DNA of 29,586 nt, from assembly GCA_048938445.1 (NCBI GenBank), contig JBHLME010000053.1, positions 1 through 29,586 on the forward strand, written 5' to 3'. Position 1 is the first letter of the stretch. Each line of letters begins with the position of its first letter. This stretch comes from Promethearchaeota archaeon. Lineage in GTDB: Archaea > Asgardarchaeota > Lokiarchaeia > Sigyniarchaeales > SOKP01. A model generated the notes under the pieces. That model was not told where the DNA came from and did not search any database. It saw nothing but the letters and a program-made list of their open reading frames with translations. A program made the position numbers and the translations under genes. This document shows positions 1 to 10,500 of this stretch, in pieces.

Positions 1-29
1 GCCTCATCAGTAATTTCTTTATCTTCCAT
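1..29 (-). CDS. Possible 5' end of a gene running off the window edge (MEDKEITDE...)
   Basis: ATG at 29 on the minus strand, open to position 1, with a ~300-bp very AT-rich spacer before the divergent operon. Only 9 full codons are visible. Confidence 0.4.
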
Positions 30-330
30 TAAATATCAACTAATTGAAAATTTTTTTTTTTAAAAATTATTTTAATATGTTAATTAAGGTACGTAATTTA
101 ATTTTTTGAATATATGGATAATGAAAAATTAAAAAAATTCATTTTCGATTTACGAATTAATATTTTATAATCAAAACTTCTTATGGTTTGTAAATTCTCT
201 ATATAAAATATAGTTTAATTTATAGTAGATAATCTAAAGAAATTAAAATAATCAAATTCATTAAAATATATCAGATTAACGAAATTTAACTTAAATTTTA
301 ATTTGGTGGTAAAGCATTTCTAAAAATTTC

Positions 331-798
331 ATGGATTATTATAAATTTTTACCAAAAACTAACTGTCACAAATGTCAGCCAAATACGTGCATGGCATTTG
401 CATTAGCATTACTTAAAGGAGATGTTAAAGTTGATGATTGCCCTCCTTTATTAGAGCCTAAATATAAGAAGAATTATGAAACGTTAAAAGAAATGCTTGG
501 TGCTGAAGAAGGACAAAAGAAAGAATTAAAAATTGATGTTGATTCCGAACTTTGTGATGGTTGTGGAATATGTGTTACTGTTTGTCCAGTCAATGCAAGA
601 TATTGTCCTCCTACATTAAGTGGAAAGGCTCCAGATTATCCTCCAGAAAGTCATCAATTATTTCAAGTCAAGAGTGGTAAATGTGAATTACTTAATTTAA
701 AACATTGTCGAAGGCTAGAGGCCGAGGGTCGCGAGAGAGAATGTCGAGTATGTGAAACATATTGTCCTCGTGACGCAATTAAAATTGATTACCAATAA
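331..798 (+). CDS. Fe-S protein (N-terminal Fe-S cluster domain plus ferredoxin), FwdH-like
   Basis: N-terminal LPKTNCHKCQPNTCMAFA...CP motif, then CDGCGICVTVCP and C..CRVCETYCP ferredoxin motifs. First gene of the fwd-like operon. Confidence 0.75.
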   Translation: MDYYKFLPKTNCHKCQPNTCMAFALALLKGDVKVDDCPPLLEPKYKKNYETLKEMLGAEEGQKKELKIDVDSELCDGCGICVTVCPVNARYCPPTLSGKAPDYPPESHQLFQVKSGKCELLNLKHCRRLEAEGRERECRVCETYCPRDAIKIDYQ

Positions 799-838
799 TT
801 AAAAAAATAATATTAATTTCATAAAAAAGGAGAATTGT

Positions 839-2137
839 ATGAATAGAATTCCTTGTTCGGGATGTTCCCTATTATGTGATGATATAATAGTAAGATCCGA
901 TGGAATTTTTATAGATCAAATCATTGGTGCTTGTTTAAAGGGAAAAGAGAGATTTGATCAAATAACATCTAAAAATAGGTTTTTACATCCATTAGTTGAA
1001 AAGAATGGAACATTAGAAAAAGTCAATTGGGACGAAGCATTAGAAATAACTTCTGAAATTATAAAAAAATCAACTAAACCTATTCTTTATGGTTTTTCTA
1101 ATTCTAGTTGTGAAGCTCAAGCGAAAGGTATCGAATTAACAAGAAAAATAAATGGTTTTATTGATTCAAACTCTAGTATTTGTCAAGGAAAAGTTTTGAA
1201 CATGGCGGAAAATTCGAATTTAACAATGACGACTTTATCAGAAGTTATGAACAAAGCAGATGTTTTGATCTTTTGGGGATTAAACGCTGCTGAATCAATT
1301 CCACGGTTGTTGAATAAAGTATTGTTTTCTAGAGGGAAATTCAGGATGACGGGTCGTGAAATTAAAACCCTCATTATAATTGATCCTGTTCAAACAGCTT
1401 CATTCGGAGTAATGGGTGTTAAGGATTTATCTTTATTAATTAACTCTGGGGGAGATTTAGATTTAATTCGGATATTAAAAGAAGAATGTTGCACTGAAAA
1501 TAGTATTCCTACTGATGGTGTAGCTGGACTTGATAGAGATGATCTCAAACGACTTTTATTATATTTACAAGAAGCAGAAAATAGCGTGATATTCATAGGT
1601 CAAGGTATTATAAGTAGCCCTTCAAGTGAGGAAGTATTAAAAGAATTACTTGAATTGATCGAAATGATAGAAATCAATCAACAGAAAGGAAGGATCTCTT
1701 TAATCATGGCAGGAGGACATTATAACATGGCTGGATTTGACCAAGTTTCATTATCATTAATCGGTAAAAATCAAAATATACAATTTTCTAATGGTAAACT
1801 TATAGAATCAAAAGATACAATTGTATCAAAGATTCAAAAAGATGATTTCGATTGTTCAATAATCGTAGGAACAGATCCAATTTCACATTTACCACATTCT
1901 TTAAGCATGAAATTAGCATCTAAACCCATCATTCTTATCGATAATCGTAAATCAGCTATTTCCGAATTGGCTAATGTGATATTACCGACTGCAATAACAG
2001 GCATAGAATGTGGTGGATTAGCTTATAGGTTGGATCACGTGCCTATTGAATTACAGAAAATAATTAATCCACCAAATAACCTACCTTCAGATGCAGATTT
2101 ATTAAAAAAACTTATTTTAAAATTAGGTGATAATTAG
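839..2137 (+). CDS. fwdB: Formylmethanofuran dehydrogenase subunit B-like protein (divergent active site)
   Basis: N-terminal CSGCSLLCDD...ACLKG [4Fe-4S] motif; YGFSNSSCEAQ; SSICQG; TLSEVMNKADVLIFWG; GHYNMAG; VGTDPISH; AITGIECGGLAYRLDHVP. These match FwdB/FmdB blocks. AGGAG SD at 828-832. Confidence 0.85.
   Translation: MNRIPCSGCSLLCDDIIVRSDGIFIDQIIGACLKGKERFDQITSKNRFLHPLVEKNGTLEKVNWDEALEITSEIIKKSTKPILYGFSNSSCEAQAKGIELTRKINGFIDSNSSICQGKVLNMAENSNLTMTTLSEVMNKADVLIFWGLNAAESIPRLLNKVLFSRGKFRMTGREIKTLIIIDPVQTASFGVMGVKDLSLLINSGGDLDLIRILKEECCTENSIPTDGVAGLDRDDLKRLLLYLQEAENSVIFIGQGIISSPSSEEVLKELLELIEMIEINQQKGRISLIMAGGHYNMAGFDQVSLSLIGKNQNIQFSNGKLIESKDTIVSKIQKDDFDCSIIVGTDPISHLPHSLSMKLASKPIILIDNRKSAISELANVILPTAITGIECGGLAYRLDHVPIELQKIINPPNNLPSDADLLKKLILKLGDN
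2125..2131 (+). promoter_or_regulatory. Shine-Dalgarno (AGGTGAT) for the fwdD-like gene
   Basis: Complementary to the archaeal anti-SD; 6 nt upstream of ATG 2138, inside the fwdB 3' end. Confidence 0.6.
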
Positions 2138-2512
2138 ATGAAAATGTTGCTTAATTCTGTTAGAAAAGTAGATAATGATCAAGCAAAAGAACATTCCCTT
2201 GGAAATGACTCATCATTAAAAGATAATTTAGCAATTGCACTCCTAAATACTGACGATTATAATAAACTTAATCTAACTTCGACATCTAATATTAAAATTA
2301 CAAGTGAATTTGGTTCAGTTATTTTAAAAGCAAAACCTGAAAAACATGTACCCCTAGGGAACTTATATGTCCCAATTTCAATATGGATTAATCAAATTAC
2401 AGGAACAATAAAAAATGAATTAGTATTTAAAAATATAGAGGTTAATGTAGAACCAATAGATGAACCCGTTCTTGAATTTAAAGATTTATTAAAAATATTT
2501 AAAGAAGCTTGA
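2138..2512 (+). CDS. fwdD: Formylmethanofuran dehydrogenase subunit D-like (molybdopterin dinucleotide-binding domain), divergent
   Basis: 124 aa. LNTDDYNKLNL...IKITSEFGSVILKA...VPLGNLYVPISIWINQI...FKNIEVNVEP fits the FwdD double-psi barrel. Lies between the B-like and A-like genes. Confidence 0.8.
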   Translation: MKMLLNSVRKVDNDQAKEHSLGNDSSLKDNLAIALLNTDDYNKLNLTSTSNIKITSEFGSVILKAKPEKHVPLGNLYVPISIWINQITGTIKNELVFKNIEVNVEPIDEPVLEFKDLLKIFKEA

Positions 2513-2531
2513 AGATTGGAGTACAATTAAT

Positions 2532-4178
2532 ATGAATAATCTTATAATAAAAAATGGTATCGTGTTTGATCCTTTAAATGGAATTGAGGGAGAAGTTAAA
2601 GATATTTTGATTGAAGATGGTAAGATAGTTGAATCGATTTCTAATAAAAAAGATGTAAAAGAAATTAATGCGAGCGGTAAAACAGTCATACCCGCTGCTA
2701 TAGACATTCACGCACATATAGCTTCTCAACAAGTAAATTGGGCTAGATTGTTAGGAAAAAATAACGAAATTTTTCAAAAGGTTTGGAAAGGATTAACTCT
2801 TGAAAATATTGCTAAGGATTACATTTCGAATGGATATACAATGATAGTTGAGGCAAATGTTTTTCCGTCATTGACAAAACAAACGATTTTTAATTTTAAC
2901 AATCTCCCTGTTCTCGATAAGGCAATGTTGCTGAATGTAAGTAATTTATGGTCATTAGAGTTAGAATATCAGCGAGGAAAAATAGACGATATGGCTATCT
3001 TTCTTTCTGATTTATTAGAAAAAACGAAAGGATTTGGATTTAAAGTCTATAATCCATTCGAATCCGAAGATTGGGATTTTAAAGTATTGAGAGATGACTT
3101 ATCAAAACAAGGAAGATTGTATAATTTTAATGCTTTAGATGTTTATGAAAATATTTCAAAGAGTAATGAAGAATTGGGTTTACCACATTCGGTTCATGCT
3201 CATGTTGAAGGATATGAAGACCCTCAAGGTAATATAAATTTATTAAAAATTCTAGAAAAAATTAAATCATTAAATTTGAAGAATCCAGATAATCGTTCTC
3301 AAATTTTTCATCTTGCTCATGCCTCCTCTTATAATATTAATGGAGATAATTCAAATCTAATTAAATTTTTTAATGATAATCAAAACTTTGATTTAGATCT
3401 TGGTATTTTGGGTTTCAATGAAATAAATCCTATTATTAGCTCAGATAGGAGATTAATTAATTCATTAATTAAATCTAAAAATCCACATAAACTAATCAGA
3501 TCTGCTATTGAATTTGAAGGTGATTTATTTTCATCTATTAGAAAGTTTGATAAAAATAATGAAAAAGATTGCAATTTATGGGCAAATGCTATAGATCTTG
3601 TATTAAATATCAAGAACAAGTATCAAATTCAAGCATCAATAAATTTCCCAAATTACGCAAATATTACAGATATTCCTAAAATTGCTACTTTATTTGTGAG
3701 TAGTGAAGCAAGAAATAATTTCATAAAAAGAATGAATGTTGATTTTTTAAACAAAACAACCTTAAAGGACAATGATAAAACTATAACATTTAATGAACTT
3801 ATAATAATTACCCGCGCAAGTCCTGCTAAATCTCTTGGACTTAGAAAAGTTAAAGGAAATTTAGATATAGGGGTTGATGGAGATGTTAATATTTTAAATT
3901 TTAATGCTTTAGAACTTGATCTAAATAAGGATTATGAAATCTTAAAAGAAAAATTAAAAAATATTGAATATGTTATAAAAGAAGGAGAAATAATAAAACA
4001 CCAAGATCATATTATTTTTAATAATATAGGAAAGATTTTTTGGTCAAGTGGAAAATCTCAAAAAAAAGATAATGAATTAGTATTGTCAAAAAAAAAAGAA
4101 TTTTATAAAAAATATAGTTCAATTTTCTATGATTCGTTTAAAATAACTATAAATTCCAAATTGCTTAAAAAAATATAG
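2532..4178 (+). CDS. fwdA: Formylmethanofuran dehydrogenase subunit A-like amidohydrolase
   Basis: IIKNGIVFDPLNGIEGEVKDILIEDGKI start; IDIHAHIA (HxH); GFKVYNP (carboxy-Lys position); LGLPHSVHAH; HLAHA; ITRASPAKSLGL...KGNL..G.DGDV. Confidence 0.85.
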   Translation: MNNLIIKNGIVFDPLNGIEGEVKDILIEDGKIVESISNKKDVKEINASGKTVIPAAIDIHAHIASQQVNWARLLGKNNEIFQKVWKGLTLENIAKDYISNGYTMIVEANVFPSLTKQTIFNFNNLPVLDKAMLLNVSNLWSLELEYQRGKIDDMAIFLSDLLEKTKGFGFKVYNPFESEDWDFKVLRDDLSKQGRLYNFNALDVYENISKSNEELGLPHSVHAHVEGYEDPQGNINLLKILEKIKSLNLKNPDNRSQIFHLAHASSYNINGDNSNLIKFFNDNQNFDLDLGILGFNEINPIISSDRRLINSLIKSKNPHKLIRSAIEFEGDLFSSIRKFDKNNEKDCNLWANAIDLVLNIKNKYQIQASINFPNYANITDIPKIATLFVSSEARNNFIKRMNVDFLNKTTLKDNDKTITFNELIIITRASPAKSLGLRKVKGNLDIGVDGDVNILNFNALELDLNKDYEILKEKLKNIEYVIKEGEIIKHQDHIIFNNIGKIFWSSGKSQKKDNELVLSKKKEFYKKYSSIFYDSFKITINSKLLKKI

Positions 4179-4526
4179 TGAACTATATCCCAGTTTCTAA
4201 TTATTGATTTTTTTTAGAGATTTAGAAAATCCTTTTTACTTATGACAATTAAAATATGAGACTTTAATTTAAATCCTTGATATATCAATTTATTTTGCTC
4301 CTATTATGGAAGAAACATTAATAATTAATTTAAAATAAATTTAAAAAAAAGTACTTCAAAAATTTTCCATATTCCTTTAAATAGGAAATTAAAAAAGAGA
4401 TAAATATAGGCTTTTGACATAAGACTTCGAACGCAAATTGATAAGTAACATTTATATAATTAAAGAATTTAAAATTAAATAAGAATAGAATATTTCTTAC
4501 CAAAAGGACAAATTGGTGTAATTAAA

Positions 4527-7500
4527 TTGAATAAATTTTATAATAGAAAAAGTAATCATTATTTAGGAAATAAAGGATTTTCTAATAAACTTATTTTTAC
4601 TGTCATTTTATTGTCATTTATTGTAAATTTTAATGTTTTTAAAATTAATTTAACAGATTTAGGTACCACAATCCTAAAACCTAGCTTAAAAGATTTAGAT
4701 ATTGAAAATTCTGAGGAAATAATTATTCCCTTTTCCTTACTAGATAATTATAAATTATTTAACTTTGATTCATTAGAAGCTAATGAATGGCGCGCAAAAT
4801 TTTTATCTATAGATAAAAATCAAAATGGGATTCATGACAATCTTGAGCTTAAGTTAGATTCTTTATCAGGTTTCAGTGATACGGACAGAAATAAAAAATT
4901 ATTATCAAAACAAGATGTTATTAAAAAGATATTAGGGAATAATGAAATAGAAAAAAAAATACTTACAAAAGATAAAATTCCTTTCATAATTCAATTCCCT
5001 GAAGGCAATTATGAAGAAATATTATCTCTCTTTAGTGATTTAGGAGGTAAAGTTGATTCAACCTATCAAGTTGCGATAAATGGATTTGCTGGAAATATTA
5101 ATCATAATGGTTTTATCCAGTTTACTGAATTGTTGAATGAAGCAGATGCACCTTATTTAATAGAAGAAGATTCTATTGCTAAAGCAAATTTATATTTTCT
5201 ATCACGAAATTTAAACCTTAGACCATATGTTTGGAAAAACTTAACTAATACAGGAGATCAATATAGCTCTATAGTCATAATGGATACTGGAATTGATGAT
5301 TCCCATCCATTATTTTCTCCCGGGTATTCAAGTGGAAATCCAAATTACAAGATAGTAGGTTGGAATGATCAAGTTGGAAGTTCTAGTACACCATATGATA
5401 ATAATGGGCATGGAACACATTGTAGTGGAATAGCAACAGGTGATGGAACCTTAACTTTAGATGGAAATGGACGCACGGTCGGAACACAAAGCATAGGTCT
5501 TGATTATAGGGGATATTATACCTCTCCTGGATGGATTGATATCACAGGAGCGCGATTCGAAGTAAATCAACCAGGAACTATTGAGATCGATTGTCGATTC
5601 AATGATTACACGCCAGGATCTGATTACATATATCTTTATGCTTATATATATCATGATGAAAGTAGCATAGTTTCCTATACTCCAACTTCAAGTTCTTGGA
5701 CACATACTCTTTCATATGTTGTTACAAGCGGAAATGAAGGAGATTATTCTTTAAGATATCGATTATATTTTGGTGATGGAAACTCTGATGGATACGTTGA
5801 TGATCCATACTTGGCACTAAGGGGTATAATTCATTGGCCTTTTGATCCCCTCCTCTTAGATGGTGGGGAACCATGGAGAGGTGTAGCTCCAGATGCACGT
5901 TTAGTGGGTGTAAAAGTTTTGGATGGAACAGGTAGTGGTACTAGCACGCAGTTATTAAATGGAATCGATTGGGTCATTAACAATAAGAATACATATAATA
6001 TTACAACAATTTCTTTAAGTCTCGGTTTTGGTGGTTCTGTTTCAAGTATTATTTCAGCCGTGAATAATGCTGTAGAAAATGGAATAGTTGTTGTAGCTTC
6101 TGCAGGAAATGATGGTCCTGGAGGTAATAATATTGGTTCACCTGGTGATGCTCCCAATGTTATAACGGTTGCAGCTTCAGCTTATGATGACCGCGTTACT
6201 TCATATAGTAGTCAGGGTTCATCTTCGAAACCTGATATTATGGCTCCTGGAGGTAGTTTCTATAATTTTACAATGTTTTCTGCAGATTCAGGAGATAGTG
6301 ATGCTGATAATGAATATACCGATGGGTATCCAAATGATTTGGCAAGTGCCCAAGGTACTTCAATGTCTTGTCCTGCTGTTGCCGGAGCAACAAATTTAAT
6401 GATTGAAGCAATGGGCGGCCACCAAAATTGGGGTTATACTGCTGTTGAAGCAAAAAGAGTTAAAGCAATGCTTTTAATGACTGCAACAGAAACATTTCCG
6501 TTAATAAGAGAACAAAGCACGGCATCTTATAGCCCATTACTTAACCGAGGAGGAAGAGATGCTCATGAAGGGTATGGAAGAATGAATATTGATGCGGCTA
6601 TTGAAGCATATACTAATATTTTAAATCCAGGAGGACAAAAAAGTGCAATCCTTGCAAGTAGTATAGTAGATCCATATAATAAACATGCATTAGGTTGTTA
6701 TGTTAATCTCGTTAGTGGAACCAACTATAAATTCAAATTAGATGTTCCGGATGGTTCAGATTTTGATTTACATTTATACAGTAACACTCCTTCTTCTATT
6801 GGATTACCAATAATGGAAGATTCAAGTATATCTAGTGTATTAGGATCAGATGAGAATATTGAATTCACTGCTACTACAACGGGTAAGTATTATCTTATAG
6901 CTAAGGCAATTTCTGGTAAAGGTAATGCTACGATAGAATATCTTCAAAACACTTATCCTCCCATGCTCACAAATGAACATGTTAGTCCAAAAGTTGGTAA
7001 TCAAGCCACTTTTTTCAATTTTTCTGTGACATACACGGATCTTGATGATTATGGTCCATCTTATATCAACGTGTCAATAGATGGAGCACCATATGCAATG
7101 ACTAAAGTTAATCCATTAGATGATAACTATATTGATGGATGTGTTTACCAATATAATACATACTTACAACCTTCAATTAATAATTATACATATTCCTTCG
7201 AATGTTCTGATGGAACTTTTACAAATTCTACATCATCATATAATGATGTGAATGTAAGTGAAGTTAATGATTTTGCACCAATTCTAACAAATGGTCAAGT
7301 GTCACCATTATTCGGTAGAAATAGCTCGACGGTTTTTACTTTTTTGGTAAACTATACCGATTATGATAATTCAGCTCCATTATATGTATATCTTACATTA
7401 AATTCAACAATATATTCCATGAATAAACAAAATCTCCTAGATAATTTTTATATAGATGGTTGCATATACACCTATAGTACAACTTTAGATGATATAGGAG

Positions 7501-10500
7501 AATATGTCTTTTCATTCAACACTACAGATGGAACATATATAACTAATATCGGTCCATTTTTTGGTCCTACTGTTGAAGAATCTAATCTTAAAAATTATTA
7601 CATGGATGTTGGCTATAATTATAATTGGATTGATGCTACTGGTGGAACTTCATTATCAGTAAGTGATGATGGTTATTCAACTCAGACATTACCCTTTGAT
7701 TTTACATTTTATAATGAGACCTATTCTACTATATATGTTGGTGCAAATGGTTACTTAAGTTTTACAGATTCCTCTCCCAGTTATACAGGAGGAGCCATTC
7801 CATCATCAAACATATATCATACTTATTTAATCGCTCCATTTTGGGATGATCTTCGTACTTCTTATGGAGGTGGTGCAGGAGACCTATACGTTCAATCCTT
7901 TGGTACTTATTGGGTTGCGGAGTGGTATAATATTAATCATTATGGAGGAAATTTAGCAGGAACTTTTCAAGTAATCCTCTTTGAATCGGGAGATATCATT
8001 TTCAATTATGATTATTTAAGTAATGTTTTAAGTGGATATGCATGTGGATTGAATTTAGGAGTTGATATTAACTATTATAACTCATATCAAGGTCTTAGCA
8101 GCGGTATTAATGACTTTGCTATATTATTTACTTATCAAGGTAATGATTATGCACCAGTTTTATCTTCAGGAACGGTTACTCCTAAAGAAGGGAATCAGTT
8201 AACACCTTTTACTTTCAGTACTATATATACAGATGCAGATAACAACGATCCTTTATATGTAAACGTGTTGATAAATGGAACTTCATATCTAATGCAACAA
8301 GAAGATCCACTAGATACTGATTACACTGATGGGGTCTTGTTTCAGTATTCTACATTAGTACAATCATCTGCATATAATTATACCTATTCATTTGAGTGTG
8401 CAGATAGAGATTATTCAAACTCAAGTCTTATATATAATGACCTAAAAGTAGATTTGGTAAATTATAATGCACCTAGACTCATAAATCCTCAAGTATCTCC
8501 TACTATTGGCGGTAATGATATAAATTTTTACTTTTCAGTAGAATATTTCGATGATGATAATAACCTTCCTTCTTTTGTGAATCTCATAATAAATAATTCT
8601 ATGATATATTCTATGCTACCCGCAAATCCTTCAGATACGTATGCAATAGATGGAATTCAATATTATTATGAAACACCAATGGATTTTGGTTATTACCAAT
8701 TTTTAATTAATTGTTCTGATAACTCTTTTTCGATTTCTACAGGATGGATTGATGGTCCCGAGGTAAATCCATTTCTAAGCTTGAGCTCTTTCATAATCTT
8801 TGAAGATGATTTTGAAAGAAGTAGTTTAGGTTCAGATTGGACACTTACAGGATACGGAGGGATAAATTCAATGACTTATAATTCCTATTATCGATCAGCG
8901 TATCATTGTGGTGATACTGGGAGCATTACATCAAGAATTATTCCTACAAGTTCATATGCATTTCTAAATCTTTCATTTTGGGTGAGACAAGGATCCTCTG
9001 ATTTTAGTGAGTTACCAGATTCAAATGAGAATTTAATAGCTGAATTTTATGACGCTTCAGGTTCTTGGGTTATACTTGACACTTTTTATGGGGGTTCCCC
9101 TGGAGGAGTTATTTATTCAAGATCCTATGAATTACCTCGTTCTGCAAGTCATTCAAACTTTCGTTTTAGATTTAGACAAACTTATGGTTCTGGTATAGAT
9201 TATGATTACTGGCACATTGATGATGTTATTCTCACGAATGATTATATAAGATTGGAAGAACCTTCATCATTGGCGATATTTGATAATAGTAATCCTTCAT
9301 ATGTAACTTTTCAATGGGGAAGTCTTGGAGCATCTTTTGGTCCTGTAAATTATACAATTCAAATCTCATCTAATTCTGACTTTTCTAACTTAATTTATGA
9401 AAGAACCGACATTGTTGAAGGATATATCGTAACAAATTGTCAAATTTTAATTGATTTTGAAGCGAACGTTTATTATTGGAGAGTTCGACCTACATATGGA
9501 GAATTTGCTGGGTCTTGGACGGAAATTGGAAACTTCATAGTAATAGGAGCAGGTTATAGTTCCCCACCTCAGGATCCCATTGTTATATTAATAATTATTA
9601 TTGCGATTATTGGAATTGCTATAATTATTACTACCGCGGGATATGTATATAATAAAAAATCAAAACAATCTAAGATTAAAAAATTAGATTTAAAACCAAT
9701 ATCTCCAAAAGACACTGTGGGCACTTCCTATACACAACATGACACACTTTCTTTACAATTAGAATTAGAGAATTTAAAGAAAATGAAGAATGTAATTGAA
9801 ACTCAGTTAATGTCACCTCATACAAGAGCTTCACCAGCAGGACAGACGGCAATAAGGATTGCTAATTCTTCTATACTTCAATTCAAAAGTGGAAATATTA
9901 ATAAAGGTCTTGAGGCAATGATATTAGCATTAAAAATGGGTGTTCCGGAACCAGAAAATGGGATTATAAAGACAATTGTGCTTGATTTCATTGATAAAAA
10001 AATAGAATCAATTAGTCAAAAAGAAATCATGAAAATAAGTTGTCCTAAATGCAAAGCTATGATAGATATTAATCAAAAAGCTTGTGACCAATGTGGAAAT
10101 ATTATTGAAAAAAGTCCTACAGTTCCAATATCTCAGCCCCTAATAAAGATTTGTCCTAATTGTGGGAAACACCTTAAAGAACTTACAAAATTTTGTATTA
10201 AATGTGGAACAAGGGTTGACACGGGATTAGAGAAAAAATATGCACCATCTGAAATTTCTGATGTTAAGGAAAGTGATGTAGAAAGAATAATAAAATGTCA
10301 TAAATGTAATGCTTCATTACCTTCTGGAGTTCATTTCTGTATACATTGCGGAACAAAAATTGAAACCATTGTAGATGAAAAGCCAAATATTTCCACAATA
10401 AGTATATCTCCAATACCCAAAGAAATAGAAGAAAAACCTGATGAATCATCTGAAAAATATGAATTAACCTGCCCCCATTGTAATTCTTTAAATCCATCAG

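Noticed and set aside
1183-1596. Short ORF-track entries overlapping long genes (these two and the similar 60-110 aa ORFs throughout)
   Set aside because: They lie antisense or out of frame within well-supported genes and have no motifs; these are shadow ORFs.
839-2137. Selenocysteine in FwdB (and in HdrA, 26006-28762)
   Set aside because: Both families can be selenoproteins, but here the relevant positions are Cys codons (e.g. TGT 1181-1183; DCSLC) and neither ORF has an in-frame TGA.
4451-4458. TATA-box candidates (TTTATATA here, and similar near 12120 and 15423)
   Set aside because: Plausible, but such words are too frequent in these AT-rich spacers to call without TSS data.
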